A stretch of DNA of 64,000 bases from a virus (lineage: Duplodnaviria > Caudoviricetes). The notes beneath the pieces are model-generated. The model had not been told where the DNA came from. It ran no database searches and saw only the letters and a program-made list of their open reading frames with translations. The DNA lies in the IMG/VR virus record IMGVR_UViG_3300042275_000095, positions 27,110 to 91,109 of that record, one strand, 5' to 3'. Position numbers and translations under genes: made by a program. Position 1 is the first letter of the stretch. Each line of letters opens with the position of its first letter. Of this stretch, positions 49,236-58,076 are shown piece by piece.

Positions 49236-51197
49236 ATGTATATAAAGAATTTAACAGACATATTAGATATAACTATCAACAACTCAGCTGCTGGTGATAT
49301 ACGTATATTATCTAGAGTAGGTACTAACAACTGGTCAGATTATCTAAATGTATTAACTACAAGTATAGGTAATAGCAATTCATCATTATTAACTGAAGCT
49401 GCAATTAAAGCTATACTACCATCATCTGACCATGGTGAGTTAGACGGGTTATCTGATGATGACCATGCACAGTATTTAACTGAGGGTAGGGCTGATACAT
49501 GGTTAGCAGCAGGACATGAAAGTACATTTAACCATTCATTATTACACAATCATAGTAATAAAATTGTATTAGATGGAATATCTAGTACCAACGTAAGCAA
49601 TTGGAATACAGCATATGGATGGGGTGACCACGATGGTTTATATGAACCTATATTTATACATGAAACTGGATTTAATTTACCATTAGGTACTACAGCAGGT
49701 ACAGTAGCAGAAGGTAATCACACTCATTCTAGTTATATTACTACTAGTAGTGTAACTTATGAAACGTTGGATAGTAACGGTGATGTAGGAAGTGGTGCAG
49801 GTCAATTAGCTATAGGTAATCATACACATAGTGGAGTATATGCACCTAATAGTCATACACATACAATGTCAGAGATAAGTGATATGTCAGGTGTAACATC
49901 AGGTACTTATACTAATGCTGATATTACAGTAGATCAATACGGTAGAGTAACTAGTGCAAGTAATGGTACTATCTCTACTACATACTGGACTGTATCAGGT
50001 GATAATATACACAATAATAATAGTGGAAATGTAGGCATCGGCACTACATCACCATATAGTAAGCTAGATGTAACAGGTAATTTTACTATATCAAATGATA
50101 CAGCTTTAGGTAGTGGTGCACAGATGGTACAAAACTTTGTAGCATATAATGCTCAGACTAGTCCTGTTACACAAAAGGTGTATGGTAATATAGCTGTAGT
50201 AGTAGTTGATAATACAGTAGATAGTGAAGACGCTAACATGTATATCAATACATTAAAAGGTGGTAGTACAAGTACAGACATTGCTATATTAAGTGGTGTA
50301 GCAATGTTTTATAATGGTGTAAGAATTGATGATGGTGAAACATTAGCATGGAATTTAAGAGATTCACAAACTACATACATTAAAGGTATAAAAGGTGGTA
50401 CTACTGATTACTTGGAATTTAATGCTATGGGATATTATACATTCGATACATATTCTGATTCAGGTTATTACAAATTCTATATAAATAATAGTGAGATATT
50501 AAATATTAGTCCTAATGGTATAAATTTAGGTAGTAGTTCACCAGCAGCAGCTAATTCTATTGTAGCAGATGGTAGTATAACAGCAGGTGTAGATATTACA
50601 GTAGGTGGCATATTAAAACCAGATACTGATAGTGGTGCAGATATAGGAGAAACAGCTAAGAGATTCAAATCTACATACTTAGACCTCTTATATGCAAAAG
50701 GTAACCTTATATTAGATAGTACAAGTGACCAAGAAATATGGCAAAAGAATGGTAATGATATTAAGATATATAGTGATGGTTCAGGTAAGGTAATACTTAA
50801 TACTAGAATACAGCTTCAACTTACAACAATGGAAAGTGGGGAATTAGATGTAGGAACATCGTGGGAGCATGTAGCAAGGATTAATATAACACCTGATATG
50901 GTAGGGTTAAAGATTAAATCAATGTATATATCATGTGGTACTAAACCTAGCCATACACTATACGTAGGTGCAAGACGAGCTGATGCAAGTGGTACATTAA
51001 TGGGTACATATTATGAAGTCTTTAGTACAACTCCGGCTTATACTAGCACAGGTAACATATTAAGGGAGTTTACTGGAGTGAATACAAGTAATAACACATT
51101 GGCTGATAAAGAAGTGTTGGATATAAGGTGTTATTATGCTAGTACGCCTACAACAAAGGCAAAAGATGTAGTAGTAACTTTAATCCTTGATTTATAA
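49236..51197 (+). CDS. tail fibre protein with HxH repeats
   Basis: HGELDGLSDDDHAQYL, GNHTH x2, HTHT, GNVGIGTTSP. Confidence 0.75.
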   Translation: MYIKNLTDILDITINNSAAGDIRILSRVGTNNWSDYLNVLTTSIGNSNSSLLTEAAIKAILPSSDHGELDGLSDDDHAQYLTEGRADTWLAAGHESTFNHSLLHNHSNKIVLDGISSTNVSNWNTAYGWGDHDGLYEPIFIHETGFNLPLGTTAGTVAEGNHTHSSYITTSSVTYETLDSNGDVGSGAGQLAIGNHTHSGVYAPNSHTHTMSEISDMSGVTSGTYTNADITVDQYGRVTSASNGTISTTYWTVSGDNIHNNNSGNVGIGTTSPYSKLDVTGNFTISNDTALGSGAQMVQNFVAYNAQTSPVTQKVYGNIAVVVVDNTVDSEDANMYINTLKGGSTSTDIAILSGVAMFYNGVRIDDGETLAWNLRDSQTTYIKGIKGGTTDYLEFNAMGYYTFDTYSDSGYYKFYINNSEILNISPNGINLGSSSPAAANSIVADGSITAGVDITVGGILKPDTDSGADIGETAKRFKSTYLDLLYAKGNLILDSTSDQEIWQKNGNDIKIYSDGSGKVILNTRIQLQLTTMESGELDVGTSWEHVARINITPDMVGLKIKSMYISCGTKPSHTLYVGARRADASGTLMGTYYEVFSTTPAYTSTGNILREFTGVNTSNNTLADKEVLDIRCYYASTPTTKAKDVVVTLILDL

Positions 51198-52015
51198 TGG
51201 CGTTTACTTTTGACAAGTGGGTATATGCAGGTAAATATAACATGTATGATAATTTATCTTTAAATTATTCTTATACTGCAACAATTAACCATAATAATGG
51301 GAATATTATAATAGCAGACCAAGATGATTTACGAGAATATACTGTAAGTATAACTAAGTTGAGTTCATCGTATACTATAAGTTTAACGTTAGTTAAGACT
51401 AAGTTATCAGTTACAGGACATTGGATTCAAAATATGTATATGTCTGAAGATGGAAGTAAATTATATACATATAGTGTTTTGGACAAGGTATTTAGGCAAC
51501 ATAATATGTCAACTGCCTACGATATAACTACATTATCTCAATATTGGTATGATGATGTTAATTATGTAGATACATACGACCAAATAAGAGGTATATATGC
51601 AATCGGTGACAACGTATTATATATAAATATGTGGGATGATGTAGTACGATATACTATGACAGGTGGTAACTTATCAACTATGAGTTATCATAGTAGAAAG
51701 GATGGGCCGAGATACAGAAGTGGATTATGGAAGGTAGGTGCAAATGAGTTAATTACAGCAGGTGGTAATATTGTTACTAACTTTGATTTAGTTACAGGTA
51801 TTGATAATTTAAGTACTGCAACAATGTCTAGTGATATAACAATTCCTAGTGGCGCAAAATGTGCAAATCATATAGGTATGACAGATGAATATTTCGTATT
51901 GGGGTCTTCGGCGGATGATGAACTATATTTCTTTGTACCTAAACCTGAACCGCCTATGTTAGGATTATATCCAACTGATAAAACAAAATTTATTCCAAAT
52001 AGTATAAATATATAA
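51197..52015 (+). CDS. putative beta-propeller receptor-binding or accessory protein
   Basis: SEDGSKLY...MSTAYDITTL motif, TAATG coupling. Confidence 0.5.
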   Translation: MAFTFDKWVYAGKYNMYDNLSLNYSYTATINHNNGNIIIADQDDLREYTVSITKLSSSYTISLTLVKTKLSVTGHWIQNMYMSEDGSKLYTYSVLDKVFRQHNMSTAYDITTLSQYWYDDVNYVDTYDQIRGIYAIGDNVLYINMWDDVVRYTMTGGNLSTMSYHSRKDGPRYRSGLWKVGANELITAGGNIVTNFDLVTGIDNLSTATMSSDITIPSGAKCANHIGMTDEYFVLGSSADDELYFFVPKPEPPMLGLYPTDKTKFIPNSINI

Positions 52016-52027
52016 ATAAATTAAACT

Positions 52028-52288
52028 ATGGCGCACAACAATGCAAATAATGTAGCAATGGCACAAGCTGTTGATATATCAATGGACTTTGAAAAACTTA
52101 GTGCAAGTATTCATAAGTTGAACCAATACTATGTATCTAGAGGTTTATCATCTAGTATTGCAGATGAAGAAAATATGGGTAATGGTGTAACAGGTGCTGA
52201 ATTTAAGGCATTTATAGCATCAGTAAACGCTATCGACACATGGATAGATACACAATTTCACAGAACTAACCTAAACGCAATTAAGTAG
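52028..52288 (+). CDS. small hypothetical protein
   Basis: 86-aa ORF. Confidence 0.7.
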   Translation: MAHNNANNVAMAQAVDISMDFEKLSASIHKLNQYYVSRGLSSSIADEENMGNGVTGAEFKAFIASVNAIDTWIDTQFHRTNLNAIK

Positions 52289-52290
52289 TT

Positions 52291-53298
52291 ATGTTTAATG
52301 ATAAAGTAGATTATACGTTTAATTATTGGGATGAAAACCTAAGGTATATGGCTCAGAAGGGTCATGATGATAATGGTAGAGGGGATGGCCTATATAGAAC
52401 ATCTTTAGCTTATATAGCATACGGTAATGCTAAGTTAAAGAGTAGCATCCTTTCTTCCTTTAGGGAGTTTACAATGATTAACAAAAGACATCGTAAATTA
52501 GTACAGGGAGCTAGAGCACCTTTTAGACATAGTGAAGATGACTTTAGTCGTGATCAATATATTTTAGCAGTATCTGCTTTATACATTAAAGGTGACAGTG
52601 ATGAACTTGTTAATATTACTAGTAAAATACCATATCGTTTAAGTAGACGTTTTAGAATGACTCCTACATTATGGTGTTGGACTAAATATTTACAAGGTAA
52701 AAATAAGAAATTCAATTTAGTACTTTATAGAACATTAGAGTTACTATCACAATTATTTATAATACCTATATCTAAATTAGGGCAATTAATCACAGGATTA
52801 AATAAACATTACAGTATTACAGAATTATTGTCTGTTGATCCTAATCTACCGTATTGGCACTATGACAATACTAAAAAAGAATGGATTTATAAAACAGAAC
52901 CATCTAAAACTGCAACATTATCTCATAAGTTATGTAACAAACATTTAATGATGAAAGATACCAGATGGTGGTATAAGCTAGCCTATGGTCTAATTACTCC
53001 AGGATATGCTAATTCATTAGGTGCATACATGGCACACATTGCAGCAGGTAAATTGCTCAAACGTTTACTATTAACAAATATACCTAAAGCTAATATATTG
53101 CAAAGGTATTTATTAGATGATAAATCTTTAGATATTAAAACTGAGATATTAAAGGATTATCATGATTGTACAGGTTATATTTGGAATAGTAACTTTTTAG
53201 GTACAAGTATTAAGTATAAGTTATCAAAGCGTGAAACAGAATACAACAATGTTCCATTGGACATTATTAAAGCTTTTACAGATGCCAAGGAAGAATAA
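52291..53298 (+). CDS. hypothetical protein (helical, possible enzyme)
   Basis: 335 aa, GRGDGLYRT and RAP...DDFSRDQ conserved-looking motifs. Confidence 0.75.
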   Translation: MFNDKVDYTFNYWDENLRYMAQKGHDDNGRGDGLYRTSLAYIAYGNAKLKSSILSSFREFTMINKRHRKLVQGARAPFRHSEDDFSRDQYILAVSALYIKGDSDELVNITSKIPYRLSRRFRMTPTLWCWTKYLQGKNKKFNLVLYRTLELLSQLFIIPISKLGQLITGLNKHYSITELLSVDPNLPYWHYDNTKKEWIYKTEPSKTATLSHKLCNKHLMMKDTRWWYKLAYGLITPGYANSLGAYMAHIAAGKLLKRLLLTNIPKANILQRYLLDDKSLDIKTEILKDYHDCTGYIWNSNFLGTSIKYKLSKRETEYNNVPLDIIKAFTDAKEE

Positions 53299-53506
53299 TA
53301 AATATAAACTTAAAATGCGGTTTGGTATACAGCATGACTTCTTTTCTGATATACATAAGAATGTAATAAAAGCTAAGTATTTTAAATCATTGCAACCAGA
53401 AAGTAGAATTACAAAAATTGAAGTAGATAAGATTAATAAGATAATAAATGAGAAAGTTAAATCACAACATGAAAAGTCTAATACTACTAATTTCAACAGC
53501 AAGTAG
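53282..53506 (+). CDS. small basic protein
   Basis: Likely start at 53282 (MPRKNN...). Confidence 0.5.
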   Translation: MPRKNNKYKLKMRFGIQHDFFSDIHKNVIKAKYFKSLQPESRITKIEVDKINKIINEKVKSQHEKSNTTNFNSK

Positions 53507-53536
53507 TATTTTACTTAGTATTATAATTATATAAAT

Positions 53537-53782
53537 ATGACTGATAAACCTAAAGATGAGAAAAAGATAGTTACCATCGCTAAAAAAGTATGGAATTTTT
53601 TAGATGGACATAAAACTAAAATAGGTACAGCTATCTATTTTGCAAATGAATTATTTGGTGCTAAATTACCAACGCAATGGAGTGGTGCATTGGAAACAGG
53701 AGCTGAAATAATGATTGCTTTAGGTTGGGTACATTATTTATATAAAGGTAAAAACAATATTAACAAACTTAAAAAGAAATAA
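53537..53782 (+). CDS. putative holin
   Basis: 81 aa, LDGHKTKIG followed by two hydrophobic helices and a highly basic C-terminus. Confidence 0.55.
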   Translation: MTDKPKDEKKIVTIAKKVWNFLDGHKTKIGTAIYFANELFGAKLPTQWSGALETGAEIMIALGWVHYLYKGKNNINKLKKK

Positions 53783-53783
53783 C

Positions 53784-54170
53784 ATGGCAGGAATTAGAAA
53801 AGATGCTATTGATGTAACAGTTGATTATCTTGATGATAAAATTAAAGCTGGTATTGCAGAACCAATTGATGGACTTGGAATACGTCTACTATTAAACTTT
53901 GCAAATGATAAACTGTTTTCAAAAATGCCAGAAGAGGATTGTGAAATTCTCAGTGATTCAATGGTAAACATTTTTGATGATAATGAAGTAACTGTAGAAG
54001 AGCTAGAAGAAGAAGCAGCTAACATTTCTACTATTCTATCAGGTTATATTAAAATTCCATTGGTTGATAATACACCTGAAGAGAATGCCATTATTGAAGG
54101 AGTATTAATTGTAATTATTAAATCAATCGAAGCTCTAGTTGAAAAGGTTAAAGCTAAGAATGAGGAATAG
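53784..54170 (+). CDS. acidic helical hypothetical protein
   Basis: 128-aa ORF starting 1 nt after the putative holin. Confidence 0.7.
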   Translation: MAGIRKDAIDVTVDYLDDKIKAGIAEPIDGLGIRLLLNFANDKLFSKMPEEDCEILSDSMVNIFDDNEVTVEELEEEAANISTILSGYIKIPLVDNTPEENAIIEGVLIVIIKSIEALVEKVKAKNEE

Positions 54171-54182
54171 TAAATAATCCTA

Positions 54183-54213
54183 TAAACTTATACAATAAAG
54201 TACAGGATTGCAA
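54183..54213 (-). promoter_or_regulatory. leftward (antisense) Bacteroidota-type promoter
   Basis: Minus strand TTG-N20-TAAGTTTA. Confidence 0.5.
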
Positions 54214-54245
54214 TAGTAAAAAATTAAACTTTTTTTACAAACTAC

Positions 54246-54276
54246 TTGCATTTCTGTATTTTATTGTTTATATTTA
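54246..54276 (+). promoter_or_regulatory. rightward Bacteroidota-type promoter
   Basis: TTG-N20-TATATTTA. Confidence 0.6.
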
Positions 54277-54337
54277 TAAGGTTAATTAAAAAGATATTGT
54301 TATAATCTATTAATGTATAATCTAAACAATAAAGAAC

Positions 54338-54850
54338 ATGACAAGACGAGAAGTATTTAATTTTTTTAATCATTTTGATAAACTTAGACTACCTAAAGAA
54401 TCTGAAAATCACAGTATGAAATTTGCATTAGGTGTCAATAAAAGTAGATTAGAACCTTTGTATAATGTAATCAAAGATGAAATTAAAACAGTACCTGAGT
54501 ATCAAGAATATTACAATGAGTACAGTACATTGCTTCGTAAGTATTCAACTAAACCCAAAGATGGAGGCGATGTAGTTAAACAAGATTTGAAAACAGGTGG
54601 TACAGAAGTTAACATTGATGATACAAAAGCAACTGAGTTTAATAAAGAAATTAATCAACTACGTGAAAAGTATAAGAGTACAATTGAACAAGTTAATAAA
54701 TTTGAAAGTGAATTTCAAGAGTATTTAAATGGCGAAATAGAAGATAATTTGTTACCTAACATTATAAAAGTATCAGTTGATAATATACCTTACGATGTTT
54801 ATAATACAGATGATCACTTCTATTTAATAGCATTTATGGTTAAAGATTAA
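54338..54850 (+). CDS. conserved phage helical protein (tail-assembly-chaperone-like)
   Basis: FALGVNKSRL...LLRKYS pattern typical of ORFs following tail fibres. Confidence 0.5.
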   Translation: MTRREVFNFFNHFDKLRLPKESENHSMKFALGVNKSRLEPLYNVIKDEIKTVPEYQEYYNEYSTLLRKYSTKPKDGGDVVKQDLKTGGTEVNIDDTKATEFNKEINQLREKYKSTIEQVNKFESEFQEYLNGEIEDNLLPNIIKVSVDNIPYDVYNTDDHFYLIAFMVKD

Positions 54851-54873
54851 GTGTAATTTAAAACAATTAAGTA

Positions 54874-55467
54874 ATGGCACTAGCACCCGAATATATAACA
54901 GGAGGCGCTGCTATAATAGCAGCAATAATAGGTGGCTTGGCTACTATCAAATGGGAACGTTTTAGAATAAGAAGATTAAAAAATAGAAAGTATAAGTTAA
55001 TAAACCAACGTATAAAGATAGATGCTGAGATACATGGAATGTTAGGTGTCTTACTTGGAATAACTAAAAGTGATAGGACTTACATATATCAGTTTCATCC
55101 TGATGCAAGCCCTATTTATTTTAGTTGTTCATATGAAGAAGTTAAACCTGGAGTAAGCATAGAAGCTGATAATCGCCAAAATTTAACATTATCACATCAT
55201 ACGTCATTCATCCAAGATATACAAGAAGAAGCAGTGACTTGTTGTAATGTGGATACAATAATGGATAAAAAAATAGGAAAAATATTAAATAGTCAAGGAG
55301 TTAAAACCGTATGCCTATGGCCTATTAAAAATGATAATGGGTATGTAATAGGGTTTGTAGGAGTTGATTATTTATCTAAACAACGTAGTATAGATTGTGA
55401 TATTAAGACATTACTTTCAAATTTTGCATTTACTGTATTTCCTAAATTAGCAAGTTATGAAAAGTAA
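54874..55467 (+). CDS. membrane-anchored GAF-domain protein (holin-like or sensor)
   Basis: Single N-terminal TM, then SDRTYIYQFH...FSCSYEEVKPGVS...QGVKTVCLWPI...VIGFVGVDY GAF signature. Confidence 0.8.
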   Translation: MALAPEYITGGAAIIAAIIGGLATIKWERFRIRRLKNRKYKLINQRIKIDAEIHGMLGVLLGITKSDRTYIYQFHPDASPIYFSCSYEEVKPGVSIEADNRQNLTLSHHTSFIQDIQEEAVTCCNVDTIMDKKIGKILNSQGVKTVCLWPIKNDNGYVIGFVGVDYLSKQRSIDCDIKTLLSNFAFTVFPKLASYEK

Positions 55468-55861
55468 GAAAATCGCATTTGTGGACGATAATCCAAATGA
55501 TCTAACTTTATATGGAGCAATGCTTAAGAATATGAATTATGAAGTATTGTTAATAAATAATCCATATATAGCCATAGATAAAATTAATGAATTTAAACCT
55601 GATATTGTATTTATGGATGTAAGGTTAGGTACTAACATTTCAGGTTTTCATTTAGTTAATAAATTAAGAATTGATAATTTTAAAGGTGCAGTTTATATGT
55701 TAAGTGCATCAGATGATTTTACAAATATAAATAATAGTTTAGATAGTGGGGCAGATGACTATTTAGTAAAACCTATTTTCAGTAATATTTTAAATAATTT
55801 AATTGAACGTTATAATGGCAACTCTAAAAGAGATATCAAACCAATGTTTAGCAATTGCTAA
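55457..55861 (+). CDS. single-domain response regulator (CheY-like receiver)
   Basis: D10-D11, phosphoacceptor D54, S83, Y102 and K105-P106 all present, no output domain. Confidence 0.92.
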   Translation: MKSKKIAFVDDNPNDLTLYGAMLKNMNYEVLLINNPYIAIDKINEFKPDIVFMDVRLGTNISGFHLVNKLRIDNFKGAVYMLSASDDFTNINNSLDSGADDYLVKPIFSNILNNLIERYNGNSKRDIKPMFSNC

Positions 55862-56429
55862 GATAAAACCTGATATTGTAGATTACAATATTCAATTGAT
55901 AGCCGCCGCTAATCTATTTATTTCAGCATACGCTAAACGTATAAGAGACGATATAAATAAAGGTAGACCTCAAGAGGCTTATTTAATAACTTACGATGTT
56001 GAAATGCAATATGATGAAACTAGAGGGGTATTAAGAAGCAAGTATAAAATATATAAGCCTATCCGTACAAATGAGTATGCCCCATTTAAAAGTGTTGGTA
56101 GTAAAGATGGCAGATTCATATTACAATATTCAAATAAGCAATCCTTTTGGATGCGTAGATTATCACAGTTTATGTCAGATGTTACATGTTATACTTATGA
56201 GCATGACTACCTTTACATATTTAATAATCATAAAATAGCAACTGTTGAATTAACAGCTGCATTTGAGTTACCATATTTAATTGAAATTGGTAATGAAGAA
56301 GTACAAAAGTTAGATAATGGTGAAGCACTGTTAAATGAATTTCCATGTCCTAATGATATGATAAATTCTATAGTAGCTGAAGTAGCATCAATGTTAATAT
56401 CAAACCCTACATCTAGTGGCAAAGCATAA
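55815..56429 (+). CDS. tail ring protein
   Basis: Likely start at 55815 (MATLKEIS...), with YLYIFN and EFPCPNDMINSI resembling crAss ring proteins. Confidence 0.6.
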   Translation: MATLKEISNQCLAIAKIKPDIVDYNIQLIAAANLFISAYAKRIRDDINKGRPQEAYLITYDVEMQYDETRGVLRSKYKIYKPIRTNEYAPFKSVGSKDGRFILQYSNKQSFWMRRLSQFMSDVTCYTYEHDYLYIFNNHKIATVELTAAFELPYLIEIGNEEVQKLDNGEALLNEFPCPNDMINSIVAEVASMLISNPTSSGKA

Positions 56430-57384
56430 TACTAAATATAATATTAAAGCATATTATGATAAATATATATCTTTGATATTGTCTCAACAAGAGCCATTAA
56501 TAGCAGAGAGAAAAGAAATCTATGTTATTAAAATAAAGCTGTATAAAAAGATAATGCCTTATAAAGAAGAATTGTTAAAAATAAGAGGACTATTTAAGTT
56601 CTTACGTAGTATTCAATTCTCACCTAATATGTATGATGAAGTTAAACATCATAGATATGCAAAGGCTGTTAAAAAACATTTAGAAAATAAAGAATTAGCT
56701 ACTAACTGTGTAGCTATAATGGAATATACAGCTAATGATTTAAAATGTAAAAAGAAATTAAAAGATACTGAATCTGCATTAATAACAAGTAGTGCGTATA
56801 AAAAAATATTAGATGCGTATTATAACTATATATCTAATTGGATATTGCAAGGATATGTTTTTTATATTGGCCCTAACCTAGGTAAAATATATATTAAAGA
56901 AAGACATAAGAATTTCATAAATGAATTAGGTGAAACAAGAGGAATAGTTGATTATGCTGCATCATATGCACTATTAGAATCAATAGCTAAAAAACAAGAA
57001 GCGGAAGGAAAGCATCAATTATATACCGAATATAAAGAGTTGCATAAGTATAACATTAGACAGTTTACACATGCTATGAAATCTCACACGTATTCACCAA
57101 GTAATCCTGATTTACCAAAATGGATAATCTATCATACTGATGATTGGGTTCCTTATTTTATATGGGGAAATAAAGATAAGAGTATGACTGAATTATCTAA
57201 ATATACTTTTAAACCTACATCATTTATAAATACTAAACTACGCAATAAAGAATTATTTATTAGCAATGTTGAAAATATAGATGATATTATAAATTGTAAT
57301 GAATTAGGTGTGAAAGACAAAATGTTTTTAATTAAACGATTCGATTCCAGTTATTATAAGGAGACTAGAGATGATATATCATAG
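56416..57384 (+). CDS. crAss IHF-like protein
   Basis: ILQGYVFYIGPNLGKIYIKE...W...YTFKP, syntenic before the tail tubular protein. Confidence 0.6.
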   Translation: MAKHNTKYNIKAYYDKYISLILSQQEPLIAERKEIYVIKIKLYKKIMPYKEELLKIRGLFKFLRSIQFSPNMYDEVKHHRYAKAVKKHLENKELATNCVAIMEYTANDLKCKKKLKDTESALITSSAYKKILDAYYNYISNWILQGYVFYIGPNLGKIYIKERHKNFINELGETRGIVDYAASYALLESIAKKQEAEGKHQLYTEYKELHKYNIRQFTHAMKSHTYSPSNPDLPKWIIYHTDDWVPYFIWGNKDKSMTELSKYTFKPTSFINTKLRNKELFISNVENIDDIINCNELGVKDKMFLIKRFDSSYYKETRDDIS

Positions 57385-58075
57385 TATTAGTAGTGAAGTG
57401 TTAGTAGCTAAAATAGATAATAGCTATACAATTACAGGTAGTACAGATTGGATAACTAGATTACCTGAGTGGGTTGCAGATGCGATGGCTCAAATAGATA
57501 TGCCATTATCTTATTCAAGACAAGAACCGTATAAAATGACAATTGCAGGTAGACGTGGCAAATTACCTTGTAACGTAGAACGTGTTTTATTCATAACAAA
57601 AGATGGTAAAGCAATGTCATATATACAAGATGGTGTAATGAGACAACCTAATGAAAATATTGAAATAAGTGGTACATATTTTTATGAATATACAAAATCT
57701 GGTCATATTATATGCAATTTTGAAAGCGGTACAACTTACGTTTATTATAAAGGTATTGATAGTGCATATAACAAAGTTCTGGGTATATCGTTCCCTTATG
57801 TGCCATATAATAGAGTTTTATTGAACGCTTTGGAAAGTTATACACTTTATCGTATATTAACAAAAGGCGGTACAGTACTAGGACAAAGTTTAGCTAACAA
57901 TAATCCATATACAAATCCAGCTTTACAATGGGAATTATCATTAAAAAAGGTTAGAATTGCATTGTTAGATGATTATGATGAAGCTATGGAAAATATAGAT
58001 GCTACTATGAGAGGCTTCATAAAACCCTACGGGGAAGAAAGAGATACACGTGATTACTTAAATACATTAGAATAA
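57371..58075 (+). CDS. tail tubular / ring protein (P22 gp4-like)
   Basis: EWVADAMAQI...GKLPC...PYVP...ALESY, directly upstream of the stabilisation protein. Confidence 0.7.
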   Translation: MIYHSISSEVLVAKIDNSYTITGSTDWITRLPEWVADAMAQIDMPLSYSRQEPYKMTIAGRRGKLPCNVERVLFITKDGKAMSYIQDGVMRQPNENIEISGTYFYEYTKSGHIICNFESGTTYVYYKGIDSAYNKVLGISFPYVPYNRVLLNALESYTLYRILTKGGTVLGQSLANNNPYTNPALQWELSLKKVRIALLDDYDEAMENIDATMRGFIKPYGEERDTRDYLNTLE

Positions 58076-58076
58076 T

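Noticed and set aside
44168-52015. Diversity-generating retroelement or invertible tail-fibre cassette
   Set aside because: No reverse transcriptase, template/variable repeat pair or recombinase noticed in the window.
54338-56429. Complete two-component system or host-derived contamination
   Set aside because: No HisKA/HATPase ORF. The GAF and receiver genes match the phage AT content and overlap phage genes, so they appear integral to the phage.
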